A stretch of DNA of 64,000 bases from positions 620,001 to 684,000 of the forward strand of contig JANHCV010000002.1 in NCBI GenBank assembly GCA_025594325.1, in the 5' to 3' direction. The notes below the pieces were generated by a model. The model did not search any database, was not told the origin of the DNA, and worked only from the letters and a program-made list of their open reading frames with translations. Positions 31,237 to 40,720 of this stretch are shown here, piece after piece. Position 1 is the stretch's first letter. The number at the start of each line of letters is the position of its first letter. This stretch comes from Blastocladiella emersonii ATCC 22665. Its lineage: Eukaryota > Fungi > Blastocladiomycota. A program made the position numbers and the translations under genes.

Positions 31237-32278
31237 CGGGATGATGGAAGCGCGTGCTGGGTCAAATGATGTATCGTTGTTGCATGGGTCAGAGGTGCCG
31301 ACGAGAGCGTGGATCGGCGGGCGCAGGACCGAAAGTCAAGCGAGCGCCCGCCCTCGTTTGCACGGAGCAAGCGCGCCGGCCGAGCCGCAGCCCAGGTCGG
31401 CCGATGTGCTTCAACGTGACCTGCGGCCCTCTCAACTCAATCGCAGGACCCCACGGAGCACCTCCCAGGTGGATTCAACGCGTCCGGGGAGAGGACCGTC
31501 GCGCAAAGGTCGTGCTCACTTACTATCAGCGTCACTTCACGGGCGTAGGCGCATCCACTCAACGCAGACCAACCCAGGGCGGATCAGAGAACCCAACTGC
31601 CCAGGATCTGCGCTCGCCGAGGCGCCCAAGTTCGCACACTCCCGCCGTACCGTATGCGCTCAGTCACGACGGAAGCGTGAGCTTGCGTGCGCTACCTGTG
31701 CCCAATGAGAGTCTCCTCGCGCTGGCCGTGTGGTGCTCCTCTTCCAGCGGATTGAGGCGAGAGTCGGCGGCGTCGAAGGTCGGATGTCCAAGACGCGCCC
31801 CGGCAATGTCGACGAGCTCCTCTTGTAAACCGGATCCGCAGCATGTGATTGCATGGAGCGCCAAGGATGCATGGGCAGGGAGGTTTCGCGACGTAGGGGA
31901 AGGAGGGAGCTGGACGCGACCGAGAGCGGAACAGCGCGTCGCGCGACACGCGGCGCGACGCGGGCGCGAGACAAACGCGTCTCGCAGGCACCGGTTTCGC
32001 GGATCGACCTCGCCGGTTGCACCTCTCTGCCAGGCTCTCGTTCTCGAGCGAATGCTACACTGATGGAAAGGCCTTGCGGCTGCTCGAACAACGACCTGGG
32101 GGTGATGCGCAGGGCGTGGAAGCCGGCGGACGGAGCTTGCCGTCGACGTGGCCTCGCTGCTTCGGCGCGGGCGGCAAGGAAGTGTCGCTCGCGGGGCAAA
32201 CAAACTGTCAGAAACAGGTTGGCGGGAGCAGCAGCACGCGTTGCTATATTCCTCCGCGGATCCCGACACAAAAACCGT

Positions 32279-33199
32279 CTACGAGAAGCTGGCCTTGATC
32301 GACGACGCGGTCATGTCTGCGAGCCAGCCGGTGACCTTCCCCGTGAGCTTGGTCTTGGCCTCGGACACCTTGCCCGAGATCTTGCCCGAGATGCGCTCCT
32401 TGGCGCGCTGCACGCGCGTGCGCGGCACGTAGTGGACGAGCAGGAGCACCTTGCCCGCGGGCTTGATGGCGAGGGCGCCCGCGTTCGTGGCCGCGTCGGG
32501 CGCCGCCGAGTGCAGCGGCACCCACACGGTGCGCGTCGCCTGGCGCGGCGTGAGCCCGGCCTCGGCGGTCGACACGTACTGGCCGCCCTCGGTCGGGTCG
32601 TCGTCGTCAGAGGTCTCGCCGCCGGTGCGCGCGGGCGTCGTCGGGGCCGGCGGGAGCGCCGTGGCGACGAGCGGCTCGTCGTGCTCGGTCGCGGCGAACA
32701 GGTCGACGAGGTTGACGGCGCCGTAGCCGATGATGTCGTTGCCCGAGATCGAGTCCTCGTCGTACACCTCGAGCCGGAGCACGCGCGGCCCGCCGAGCGT
32801 GTGGATCGGGAACACGAAGCCCTGGTGGTACACGGGCGAGCCGGTGTTGTCCTCGGTCGTCGTCTTGGCGTAGTGGATCGGGTACTGCTTCGGCGCCTTG
32901 TGCTTCTCGCCGTCCTTGTCCTTGTCCTTGTCGGCAGCCGCGAGCTTGGCGTCGTCGACCTTGCGCTGCGCCACGGCCGCCTTGGCGAGCGCGACCGGCA
33001 TGTCGACGGCGAGCTCGACGAACGGGTCCGAGTGGCCCGTGTAGTCCATGTTCGGCAGGTCAACCGCCTTGACCACCGTCACGCGCAGGATCCCGACGGG
33101 CACCTCAGCCATGGGCCGCTCGGGCGTCGCGGCAGCGTCGCCGGCGCCGCGCGAGGGGCTGATGTGCATCGCGTCGAAGGCGCCGGGCAGAGTCGACAT
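32279..33199 (-). CDS. C2-domain protein, paralog A
   Basis: LRVTVVKAVDLPNMDYTGHSDPFVEL and LRLEVYDEDSISGNDIIG retain the Ca-binding Asp pattern. Confidence 0.88.
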   Translation of the reverse strand: MSTLPGAFDAMHISPSRGAGDAAATPERPMAEVPVGILRVTVVKAVDLPNMDYTGHSDPFVELAVDMPVALAKAAVAQRKVDDAKLAAADKDKDKDGEKHKAPKQYPIHYAKTTTEDNTGSPVYHQGFVFPIHTLGGPRVLRLEVYDEDSISGNDIIGYGAVNLVDLFAATEHDEPLVATALPPAPTTPARTGGETSDDDDPTEGGQYVSTAEAGLTPRQATRTVWVPLHSAAPDAATNAGALAIKPAGKVLLLVHYVPRTRVQRAKERISGKISGKVSEAKTKLTGKVTGWLADMTASSIKASFS

Positions 33200-33558
33200 G
33201 GTCGTTGCGTGTGGTGTGTTTGATTCGTTTGCTTCGTCGCTGGAGAGAGCGAGGGCGGGAGGAGGGTCTCGACGAGGAGCTCGTGGAAGGTTTCGGTCAG
33301 AAGGCGGTGGCGCTCTCCAGCCACTCTACGCGACGTTCACTTGGTCGCCGCGGCCGGCCCAACAAGTCCCCAAAACGAGGTCCTCACGCCGCGAGTCGGA
33401 CGGTGTGTACGGAACAAGGACCGTTATATTACACGATGGCGATGACGACAAGGAAGGAGGAGAGGGGGGTGGTGATACAGGCGGGCGCACACGCGCGCGG
33501 TCGAGCATGCTCGCCGCCGTCGTGCGCCTGCTCCTCGACGACGACAACTCAAAAACGC

Positions 33559-34272
33559 CTACTTGAAGTACGACTTGACCTGACCGCAGGCGATGTCGGT
33601 GGCGATGTGGACAACTTTGGCCATGAGGGCATTTTTCAGAGCGTCGACCGAGTTGTTGACCTTCTCGGACATGCGCTGAATCGCGGACTTGGGCAGCATG
33701 TGAATCATGAGCTGAAGCTCGCCCGCAGGGCCGCCCTGGGCGTTGGACAGCTTGACCCAGTGGACAGCGGCGCGCTGCTTCTCGGCGAGACGGGTCTCGG
33801 GCGCCTTGTTCGGGTTGTCCTTATCCTCGGCCTCGTCGGCGAGCAGGAACCGCGGGATGTCGACGACAGCGGTCCCGATCAGGTCGTCCTTGTTCCCCGT
33901 GTCCTCGTCGTACACCTCGACGTACAGGACGCGCGGGCCGGTCGCCGAGTAGATGGGCATCGGGAACGCCTCGTTCCACACGGGGTCGTGGTCGTCCGAC
34001 ACCTGGGTGCGCGCGTACAGGACGGGCGGCGCGTCGGTCGCGGCCTTGGCCACGGCCTCGTCGTCGCTCTTCATCTCCTTGGCCTGCTTGGCCGCGAGCT
34101 CCTCGCACTCGGCGGGCGACTTGTCGATCGACACCTTGACGAAGCTGTCGTTGCCGCCCATGAAGTCCATGCGCGGCATGCCGCGGCCCTGGATCACCGT
34201 GACGGACAGGATGGCGGTCGGGACGGCGGCGGTCATGGTCGTGGGGGTGTTGATGCGTTGGATACGTTGCAC
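33559..34272 (-). CDS. C2-domain protein, paralog B (probable start at MTAAVP, about 34236)
   Basis: LSVTVIQGRGMPRMDFMGGNDSFVKV, DHDPVWNEAF and LYVEVYDEDTGNKDDLIG. Confidence 0.88.
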   Translation of the reverse strand: MQRIQRINTPTTMTAAVPTAILSVTVIQGRGMPRMDFMGGNDSFVKVSIDKSPAECEELAAKQAKEMKSDDEAVAKAATDAPPVLYARTQVSDDHDPVWNEAFPMPIYSATGPRVLYVEVYDEDTGNKDDLIGTAVVDIPRFLLADEAEDKDNPNKAPETRLAEKQRAAVHWVKLSNAQGGPAGELQLMIHMLPKSAIQRMSEKVNNSVDALKNALMAKVVHIATDIACGQVKSYFK

Positions 34273-34680
34273 TCAGCGGTACAAGTGATACGAGCTGCGA
34301 GGGAGGAGGGGAGAGAGGGAAAGGTCGGCCAGGCGGGCCGAGGGTGGAACGCGTCGGTGGCGCTCGCACCTTCGCTCGAAGAAGCGCCGGAACGGGCGCC
34401 GCCGCTTCCGACTCCCCGCTCACGTTGGCCGCTGATCTGTCTGATCCTCGGCCGCCGGTCGCTGGCTGCACCATGCAAAGTGCTTCGCTGCGTCGATCGT
34501 GGCGGACCCGATACGCTGCCGTGCCGTTGGCCAGCGCGGGAGGGCTTCGGGGCTGGCCGGTGAGCGACGCGCGCGCTGTGTGGCTTGGCCGCTGCCGCTG
34601 CACCTGATGTTGGTCGCGGCTCTTGGCGAGACGATCCTCTCTCTCTCAGGCACAAAACGTGTTCCATGAAGCGATAGGCC

Positions 34681-35667
34681 ATGACCGCCCTCGACACTCT
34701 GCCGGGCTCGTTCGACTCGTTCCAGGTCAGCCCGCGCGGTGCCGCTGCTCACACCTCGGCGGCGACGGCGACGGCGACGGCGCCGACGCCCGAGCGGCCC
34801 ATGGCCGAGGTGCCCGTCGGTATCCTGCGCGTGACCGTGATCAAGGCCGCCGACCTGCTCAACATGGACTACACGGGCCACTCGGACCCGTACGTCGAGC
34901 TCGCCGTCGACGCGTCCGTGGAGAAAGCGCGCGCCGCGGCCGTGCAGCGCAAGATCGACGACGCCAAGGCGGACGAGCTCGATGCTGCTGCTGCTGCGGC
35001 CACCCCGAAGCAGGACGGCGACGAGCCCAAGGTCAAGCCTAACAAGAAGCCGCTGCAGTACCCGGTCCTGTACGCCAAGACGGCGACGGAGACCGACACC
35101 GGGTCGCCCGTGTTCCACGAGGCCTTCACGTTCCCGATCCACGCGCTGGGTGGGCCGCAGGAGCTCAACCTCGAAGTCTACGATGAGGACTCGTGGAGCA
35201 GCGACGACCTGATCGGCCGCGGGCGCGTCGACCTCAAGGCGCTATTCGCCGTCCCCGAGCAGTCCGAGCCGCTCGTCTCGGACGCGCTCCCGCTGCCCGC
35301 ACCGGCTCCGGTGCCCGTCCAGCGCGACCACCGCTTTCCGCTCCACCGCAGCGACAGCGACGAGGAGTCCGACGGCGGCCGCTTCTGCTCGACCGCCGAC
35401 GCCGGCCTCACGCCGCGCCCCGCCGCATGCACCGTGTGGGTCCCCTTGCTCGGTGGTCCCGACAAGAACGGCAATACGCCCGCCGCGGGTAAGGTGCTCC
35501 TGCTCGTCCATTACGTGCCACGCACGCGCGTGCAGCGCGCCAAGGAGCGCATCTCGGGCAAGGTCCACACCAAGGTGTCCGAGGCCAAGACGAAGCTCAC
35601 GGGTAAAGTGACTAGCTGGCTCGCGGACAAGACGGCGTCGCAGATCAAGGCCAGTTTTCGCTCGTAG
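34681..35667 (+). CDS. C2-domain protein, paralog C (close inverted duplicate of A)
   Basis: Nucleotide sequence is near-identical to paralog A across PERPMAEVPVGILRVTV...DPYVELAVD and across the C-terminal tail. Confidence 0.88.
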   Translation: MTALDTLPGSFDSFQVSPRGAAAHTSAATATATAPTPERPMAEVPVGILRVTVIKAADLLNMDYTGHSDPYVELAVDASVEKARAAAVQRKIDDAKADELDAAAAAATPKQDGDEPKVKPNKKPLQYPVLYAKTATETDTGSPVFHEAFTFPIHALGGPQELNLEVYDEDSWSSDDLIGRGRVDLKALFAVPEQSEPLVSDALPLPAPAPVPVQRDHRFPLHRSDSDEESDGGRFCSTADAGLTPRPAACTVWVPLLGGPDKNGNTPAAGKVLLLVHYVPRTRVQRAKERISGKVHTKVSEAKTKLTGKVTSWLADKTASQIKASFRS

Positions 35668-36080
35668 GTGAGCGCGTCCGCTTGCGTGTCTTGCGACGAA
35701 TCTATCCTCTGTTCACGTTCAATCGCACAAAAACGTCGAAAATACTGATGAGAGCAGGCTTGGAGAGGAAACAGCTTCTCAGCGATGCGGTGCCCGTGGC
35801 GACGCCTTCGCGTCGCTCATAACACGTGACGGCACCGCCGATCGCGTTGGTCCGCGAAGCCCCCGTTGACCTCGCGCACCGCAACGCGGATCAAATAATC
35901 ACACCGCGCTCATCATTTCATCGATCCACCCGGCCAAGATCAGGCACACCGGGTGCGCACTCGCGGCAACGCGAAAATCGTAGCCAAGGCGAGTAAGTGG
36001 CCTAGGGTTCCTCCCCGCGGCCACGTGCGCTCTGCCGTGCTGAGCTCTCCGTCGGATCCGTGCGCGCTGGGAGCCTAGCG

Positions 36081-36087
36081 TATAAAA
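36081..36087 (+). promoter_or_regulatory. TATA box upstream of the P450 gene
   Basis: TATAAAA 70 nt upstream of the ATG at 36151. Confidence 0.55.
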
Positions 36088-36150
36088 TGGCCGTCGCCTC
36101 CCCCGCCCTCCCCCCGCGCTCTCAAGGGTTACAGCGTAGCAGAAGCCGCA

Positions 36151-38052
36151 ATGTCATCGACCACCCGCACCGCCATCGACGCCGTCATCAAGGCCATCGC
36201 GCCGCTGCACCTCGACGAGCGCCTCGCGCCGCTTCTGCGGCTCGTCAAGTCGCTCGGCCCGCGCAAGTCGGCGCTCCTCGCCGCGCTCGTGACGTCGGCC
36301 GTCCTCGCCGCACGCGTGTGGTGGAAGGTGGTCCGCGTCCCGCCGCACCTCCGCCACCTGCCGCGCGTGCCCTTCTTCCGCACCATCCGGTTCCTCACGT
36401 CGGGCGAGGGCTTCCTCACGTGGCGACCCAAGTTCCACAAGGTGCTCCGCGAGGACGCGGTGCGCCGCGGGGTCATCGCGTCGGTCGAGGAGACGCCGCG
36501 TATGTGGCTCGCGTGGATGTACGTGCTGCTGCGGTCGCGCATCGCTTGGGCATCGCTGACCCGATCCCGTGTCGACTGCAGGTTCGGCTACTGGACCGTG
36601 GTCGTCGCCAACCCCGAGGACTCGAAGCTCATGTTCAACGCGCACGAGCAGTTCGAGAAGATGGACCCGTCCAAGCGGCCTAACGCCATCAGCCGCGCCC
36701 TGCTCGGCGAGAACATTGTCTCAAGCCAGGTCCGTTTCCCTCATTGTCGTAGCCGTCCGATTACCCACACTGACTCTCGATCGCCCCCCGCTAGACGCCC
36801 GCCTGGAAGCGCCAGCGCAAGGTCGTCAACCCGGCGTTCCGCCGCGGCTGGGCCACGTCGCTGTTCGGCACGCCCGCGCGCGCGCTGCTCGCCGAGCTCG
36901 ACAAGCTTGAGGCTGCGGGCACGCCCGCCGACGTGTCCGACTGGATGCGCCGCATGACGCTCGACGCGCTGTCGCAGGCGGCTTTCGGCACCAACCTCAA
37001 CTCGCTGCAGCACCCCGATGCGCCCATGGTCACCACGTACCACGCCATGATGAAGGGACTGATGGACCCCAAGTTCTTTCTCCTCGGCCCCTTCTGCAAG
37101 CTGCTGCCCAGCTTCCACGACTTTGTCCGCTCGGCCGACACGTTCAACAAGTACATTTACGCGCTGATTGACGCCAAGGCTGCCGAAATGGCCACGCGCC
37201 GTGCGGGCGGGACCGCGGCGGACGGCGGCGACGACGACTCCAAGGACCTGCTCGAGCTCATGGTCGCGGCCAGCGAGTCGGGCGGGATCTCGCACGAGGA
37301 GCTGCGCGCTAACACTATCGTCTTCTTCATCGCCGTACGTCTACTTCGCTCTTGACAACCTACTCTCGACACGATACCCAACGTCATCGCCTCGCCTTGC
37401 GTAGGGCCACGACACGACCGCCAACGCGCTCACGTTCGCGCTGTACTCGCTCGGAATGCACCCCGAGATCCAGCGCAAGGCGCGCGCCGAGGTCCTCGCC
37501 GTCATGGGCGACGTCGAGCGCGGTACCGCCGCGGGCGACTTCCCGTTCCCGACCAACGACGCGCAGAACGGCATGAAGTACCTGACGGCCATCATCAAGG
37601 AGACCATGCGCCTGTACCCGAGCGTGCCCGCCATTGGCATGCGCGAGCTGACCTCCCCCTCTACTCTCTCCTCCGGCCTGCGCCTGCCCAAGGGCACCGT
37701 GGTCGCGTCGGACGTGTTCGCGATGCAGGTCGCGCGCGAGTACTGGGGCGCCGACGCGGCGCAGTTCAAGCCCGAGCGTTGGCTCGCGCCCGCGGCCAAC
37801 GAGGACAAGGTCATGGCCATGAACCCGAGCGCCCACGACTTCAAGTGGGTCCCGTTTGGCGGCGGTCAGCGGATCTGCCTCGGCCAGTCGTTCTCGATCA
37901 TCGAGCAGCGCGTGATTCTCGCGATGCTCCTCCTGCGCTACGAGTGGACCGTCACGGGCAACAAGGCCGCGCTTGCGGGCGTGCCCGACACGACGACGAC
38001 GGGGCTGCTTCACGGGAAGGGCATCGAGATCAAGCTCAAGCGCCGCAACTAG
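36151..38052 (+). CDS. Cytochrome P450, 4 exons
   Basis: I-helix FFIA-GHDTTA, ExxR motif (KETMRLYP), FKPERW and heme motif PFGGGQRICLG. Introns at about 36519-36581, 36730-36794 and 37336-37404. Confidence 0.95.
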
Positions 38053-38267
38053 GCGTCGTGCGTGGGTTGTGATGGAGTGGGTGGCGCGTGTTCGTATAGT
38101 ATACCCCCCTTTTATTCTGACCAATCGCGCATACGGGAAGATGTTCTCAGGCGTGCTGGCGTCCCACCCGCCATTTATCGAAGGTGAAAGCTGCGAGAAC
38201 GCTGACATGTCACGAATGCCATTCGGCACGTGTGTGGCGCAACGCGTCCCGATCCGAGAGACAGTGC

Positions 38268-38283
38268 GAGACAATATTGTCTC
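38268..38283. repeat. Perfect 16-bp palindrome GAGACAATATTGTCTC, extendable with one bulge to about 38264-38288
   Basis: Read directly from the sequence. Confidence 0.85.
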
Positions 38284-38767
38284 CGCACATGTATCGGGGG
38301 ATGTACCGATCAAACGGAGCCCTCTAATGTCTGGGCAGTGTGCGACCTGCTACAGGTCCGCTGGAACGTTCCACCCGTGCTATGGGATTTGAACTCAATA
38401 AAGCATGACGCGAACATGATCCTCGAATCCAACTTTGTGAACGTCTCATGTTCATGCGGAAGAGCTAATTTCGCGCCATGGCCGCCTCGCTCCCGCACTC
38501 CGCAGCCCGCGGCGGTCGCGGTGAACATTCCTCTTTGAGAGTCGATGGCAGGCAGTCTCAAACTAGCAAGACGCGGCTGGAGGACGGAGCGGAGAGCGGT
38601 GCGCTGCACCGGACACTTTGAAACGTGCCGCGGATCGCGGTCCGCGACGGTCATCCGAGAATAGCGACGCGTCGTTCACGCGCGCACGCGTTGCGTTTCT
38701 CACGTTTGCGACCTGAAATAGTTCCCCGCGTGCGGGACTTGAACGCTCGCAGTAGGTTGCCGAAGAG

Positions 38768-38773
38768 TATAAA
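38768..38773 (+). promoter_or_regulatory. TATA box upstream of the Gln/Ser repeat gene
   Basis: GAGTATAAAG, 90 nt upstream of the ATG at 38858; same 10-mer and same spacing as at 5026. Confidence 0.55.
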
Positions 38774-38857
38774 GTGGACGGCCTCCCCCGCTTCCTTCGA
38801 CTTGAGCTCATCATCAAGCGTCCCTTGCACACTCGCTCAACCTCGCCCACCACCAAG

Positions 38858-39451
38858 ATGACTCTCTGCACCCCGGTCCACATCCCCGCCGTCCAGGCCC
38901 AGTCGCAGTCGCAGTCGCAGTCGCAGATGCAGTTCGGCGGCCACGGCGCCCAGCTGCAGTCGCAGTCGCAGTCCCAGTCGCAGTTCCAGGGCCACCACTC
39001 GGTCGACCAGGCCCAGTCGCAGATGCAGTCGCAGTTCGGCCACGGCTTGGGCGCGCAGCAGCAGTCGCAGGCCCAGACCCAGTGGGGCAACCACCACGGC
39101 GACGTCGCGCAGCACCAGTCGCAGTCGCAGGGCCAGTGGTCTAACGGCCACGGCGATGCTTTCCAGTCGCAGTCGCAGTTCCAGCAGGGCCACAACTCGT
39201 TCGACGGCTTCGTCGGTGGTAACCCGAACACGTGGGGTCCCGCGGGCGACCATGGCCCGATTGGCGGCAACCCGAACACGTGGGGTCCCTCGAGCGACCA
39301 CGGTCCGATCGGCGGCAACCAGAACACGTGGGGTCCCTCTGGCGAGCATGGCCCTATTGGCGGCGACCCGGCCACCTGGGGCCCCTTCGACCCTATTGGC
39401 GGCAACCCCAACACTTGGTCGCACGACACTCACTTCACGACCTTCTTCTAA
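38858..39451 (+). CDS. 197-aa low-complexity protein: (QS)n/Gly/His region, then five GGNPNTWGP-type repeats
   Basis: ATG in a CAAG ATG context with an upstream TATA box, strong codon bias, repeat units starting at 39215, 39263, 39311, 39359 and 39398. Confidence 0.8.
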   Translation: MTLCTPVHIPAVQAQSQSQSQSQMQFGGHGAQLQSQSQSQSQFQGHHSVDQAQSQMQSQFGHGLGAQQQSQAQTQWGNHHGDVAQHQSQSQGQWSNGHGDAFQSQSQFQQGHNSFDGFVGGNPNTWGPAGDHGPIGGNPNTWGPSSDHGPIGGNQNTWGPSGEHGPIGGDPATWGPFDPIGGNPNTWSHDTHFTTFF

Positions 39452-39565
39452 AACCGCTAAGACGTCGCGCGGGGTTGGTCCAACAAACTCGGACGGATTC
39501 GGCCGTTTGTTGTATCGCAATCTAGCTCTAATTCACATCTCTTCATTTCTCTAATTCATTTGTGT

Positions 39566-40402
39566 TTGAAAGCGGTGACGAATGTTGGCGACCGCGTTGT
39601 TCATAACACGTGATCGGTCGAGTCGCCCAACGTCGAGATCATGCCCGAGGTCGCCAAGATTGCCCGCGAGGTCGTGTCGTCGGTCGTCCTCGAGAGGTCG
39701 CTGTCCTACTCGGTCTCGTCCAAGACGTACCACCACCAGACGCTGCACAACAAGATGATTGAGCGTCGCGCCATGTGGCGCGAGGAGGCGGGCATGCCCG
39801 AGGAGGACCTCAAGCATTCGCTCGCCGCTCGTGGCGACCCCAAGAAGTCGACTGGTCGTGACTACGTCGCCCAGGCCAAGGCGCTTGTTGAGAGCCTCGA
39901 CAAGCGTTTCGCTGAGGAGTTCCACGACCGCCTGCCGCGCATGCGGTTCATGGTCGAGGTCCGCGAGCGCAGGTGGTGGTCCGAGCTCGCGTACTCGCTG
40001 CGCGACGCGGTCGTCATGGTCGGGTGCAACCTACACGGTTTCGGCATGGTCTCGTCCAAGCTGAAAGCGCCTGTCAAGACCATGATCCGCGAGCTGCGCG
40101 CCGCCGGCATCCCCGTGTACCTGGTCGAGGAGAACTACTCGTCCAAGTGGTGCGCGGCGTGCTTCTTCGCCGACCCTACGGCCGACAACGAGACCTTCAA
40201 CCTCACGGGCAAGTCGTACAAGACGCGGACGTGCCGCACGTGCGGCGTTCGGGTCCAGCGGGACCGCAACGCCGCGGTCAACATCTTCGGGTTCGCGCTC
40301 GGCCACTACCACTTTGTCCGCGTCGCGCCTCAGCCCAAGTCCACGTCGTCGTCGTCGTCGTCGCCGCAGGTCTTGCCCTCCTCACCGTCGACTTCGTCCT
40401 GA
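39566..40402 (+). mobile_element. Fanzor/TnpB-family nuclease remnant (RuvC plus zinc finger), 5'-truncated; open part 39641-40402
   Basis: VYLVEENYSSKWCAAC (RuvC-II Glu plus first CxxC), CRTC and QRDRNAAVNI (second CxxC plus RuvC-III Asp), and upstream VVMVG...APVKTMIRELR. The spacing matches the C-terminal half of TnpB/Fanzor1. Confidence 0.88.
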
Positions 40403-40720
40403 TCTGCCGCCGCCACCACCATCACCACCGTCTCTACGGTTTCTTCACGCGCACGTATCCAAAAGCGATGCAGCGCGTACGGTCCCGGGTGCGCCAAGTC
40501 CGCCATGTGTGGAAAGCGCCCTACTGTGCCGCAACGCAAGGGCCTTTTGAGGCCGCGCGTCCTGACCACCGCGTGTGGTCGCCTCGCACCCAACGCGGTG
40601 TCTGGCGTCCACTCGTCTGTTCATTCCTTTGAGGAGTTGAGTATTGTGTTCTGTGTGTTGTTCATACTTGGGATACAACTAACCCAAGCGTTTATCCGTA
40701 TCCGTATCCGTATCCGCGCG
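40403..40720 (+). ncRNA. Candidate omegaRNA scaffold region 3' of the Fanzor-like ORF
   Basis: Position is as expected for an omegaRNA. Short stems: GGCCT-TTTG-AGGCC (40541-40554), GACCAC-CGCGT-GTGGTC (40564-40580), CTTGGG-N10-CCCAAG (40667-40688). RNA boundaries are not determined. Confidence 0.35.
40693..40716 (+). repeat. (TATCCG)4 tandem repeat
   Basis: Read directly from the sequence. Confidence 0.9.

Noticed and set aside
31240-32270. ORFs of 200-270 aa between the 7-TM and C2 genes
   Set aside because: No motifs, no host-like codon bias and mutually overlapping frames; treated as intergenic.
39215-39420. 48-nt periodic repeats resembling a CRISPR array next to a RuvC gene
   Set aside because: The period is a multiple of three, variation is mostly synonymous or conservative, there are no unique spacers, and the units lie inside an ORF. 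They are coding repeats.
39512-39572. Intron-like 61-nt segment (GTATCG...CTAAT...AAG) that could splice upstream sequence onto the Fanzor frame
   Set aside because: The upstream frame it would join is a shadow frame, the acceptor is atypical, and the TGA at 39611 still blocks translation. At most it is a UTR intron.
40330-40632. Alternative-frame extension (…HHHHHRLYGFFTRTYP…) as the true Fanzor C-terminus after the (GTC)n tract
   Set aside because: All RuvC-III residues are already present before the tract, and the alternative frame shows no recognisable motif.
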